Positions 63,211-64,000 of a DNA stretch of 64,000 bases are shown here, in pieces (positions within the stretch are counted from its first letter, which is position 1; every line of letters begins with the position of its first letter). Origin of the DNA: Bacillota bacterium (GTDB lineage Bacteria > Bacillota > Clostridia > DUPQ01). The stretch spans positions 7,331-71,330 of the forward strand of contig JAKJBR010000003.1 of the NCBI GenBank assembly GCA_022706885.1, in the 5' to 3' direction. The notes under the pieces were generated by a model. It made no database searches, was not told the DNA's origin, and was given only the letters and a program-made list of their open reading frames with translations. A program made the position numbers and the translations under genes.

Positions 63211-64000
63211 TTAAGATATCTTTGAACCGGTAGGCATTTCCCTATCTATAGTTACTAAAGAAAGTCTGTCTTTATCCGATGCGGCCAACAGCATACCTTC
63301 GCTTGTTTCACCTCGCAGCACAGCCGGTTTTAAGTTGGTTATAACCACAACGGTTTTTCCTATTAACTCGTCACATGTATAATACTCGGCTATGCCCGAT
63401 ACTATCTGACGGGTTTTACCGTCTGTTTCCACCTGCAGTTTTAAAAGCTTCTTGGCTCCTTTTACAGGTTCACAAGATACTATTTTAGCGGTCTTAAGTT
63501 CCACTTTTGCAAAATCTTCAATCCCAATTAATGCTACATTCAGGTCTTGCTCCTGTTCTTTTTCGTTGTTAGTTTTTTCAATCTCCAAAAGTTTCTTTTC
63601 GGTATCTATCCTGTTGAAGAGTATCTCGGGTTTCCTAAGTTCAATGCCGTCTTCCAACTTTCCGAAAGTATAGGTTGAAGCAAAAGTTGTTTCTTTTGTG
63701 TTGAGCTGTGAAATTATTTTATCCGAAGTGGAAGGCATAAAAGGATACAGTAAAACCGAAACTACCCTTATTCCTTCTAAAAGATTGTACATAACCTTTT
63801 TCAGTCTTTCGTGGTCTTCCTCGTTTTTAAAAAGTGTCCAGGGCAGAGTTTCATCAATATATTTATTGCAACGCTTTGCTAAAGTCATAATCTCATGAAT
63901 GGCTTCACTGACCTTATACCGCATCATCAAATCACAAACTTTCTCAGGCGTGCTTTCGGTTAACTCGATAAGTTCTCTGTCCGCTTGGTTTTCCGGCAGC
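63211..64000 (-). CDS. metG: Methionine--tRNA ligase, C-terminal part (anticodon-binding and EMAP/tRNA-binding domains); the gene continues beyond the window
   Basis: C-terminal tRNA-binding domain (LLKLQVETDGKTRQIVSGI...GMLLAA). The reading frame stays open to position 64000. Confidence 0.85.
   Translation of the reverse strand, partial: LPENQADRELIELTESTPEKVCDLMMRYKVSEAIHEIMTLAKRCNKYIDETLPWTLFKNEEDHERLKKVMYNLLEGIRVVSVLLYPFMPSTSDKIISQLNTKETTFASTYTFGKLEDGIELRKPEILFNRIDTEKKLLEIEKTNNEKEQEQDLNVALIGIEDFAKVELKTAKIVSCEPVKGAKKLLKLQVETDGKTRQIVSGIAEYYTCDELIGKTVVVITNLKPAVLRGETSEGMLLAASDKDRLSLVTIDREMPTGSKIS

Noticed and set aside
1-64000. Integrase, transposase, rRNA genes
   Set aside because: None of the translated ORFs shows tyrosine/serine recombinase or DDE transposase motifs, and no rRNA-like sequence was seen. 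The accessory insertions therefore lack identifiable mobility genes within this window.

Overview
This 64-kb window is a chromosomal segment from a low-GC Gram-positive bacterium, probably a Clostridia-class Firmicute judging by gene order and proteins (inference). Most genes are on the minus strand. Core content: (a) the rpoB-rpoC-L7Ae-rpsL-rpsG-fusA-tuf block, (b) tig-clpP-clpX-uppP-tsaD next to a tRNA-Ala(GGC), (c) Fic-def-fmt-rlmN-stp-prkC-rsgA-rpe, and (d) the 3' part of metG. Accessory genes sit between these blocks. They include three glycoside-hydrolase-like genes: GH38 at the left edge, GH78 between tuf and tig, and a 711-aa unknown. There are two uroporphyrinogen-decarboxylase (URO-D)-family paralogues flanking an amidohydrolase. 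There is a PRTase-like gene translationally coupled to an ApbE flavin transferase lipoprotein, and a DUF5320 gene with a perfect palindromic operator. There is a tRNA-Ala-adjacent islet with a DUF4143 AAA ATPase, a RelB/RelE pair, an orphan AbiEi and unexplained direct repeats. There is an aconitase-family / lipoprotein / small acidic protein operon in front of rpoB. There is an aminotransferase-AKR-CPBP protease operon next to an AT-rich pair of fused ABC exporter genes. There is also an RqcH homologue and a U32 peptidase. No rRNA, CRISPR array, integrase or transposase was found. The best candidates for undescribed biology are the tRNA-Ala islet with its repeats, the class-II Fic with an HTH domain heading the def-fmt operon, the AT-rich ABC exporter pair beside the CPBP operon, and the URO-D / amidohydrolase / unknown 711-aa cluster. 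All calls rest on the supplied six-frame translations and manual reading; no database search was possible.
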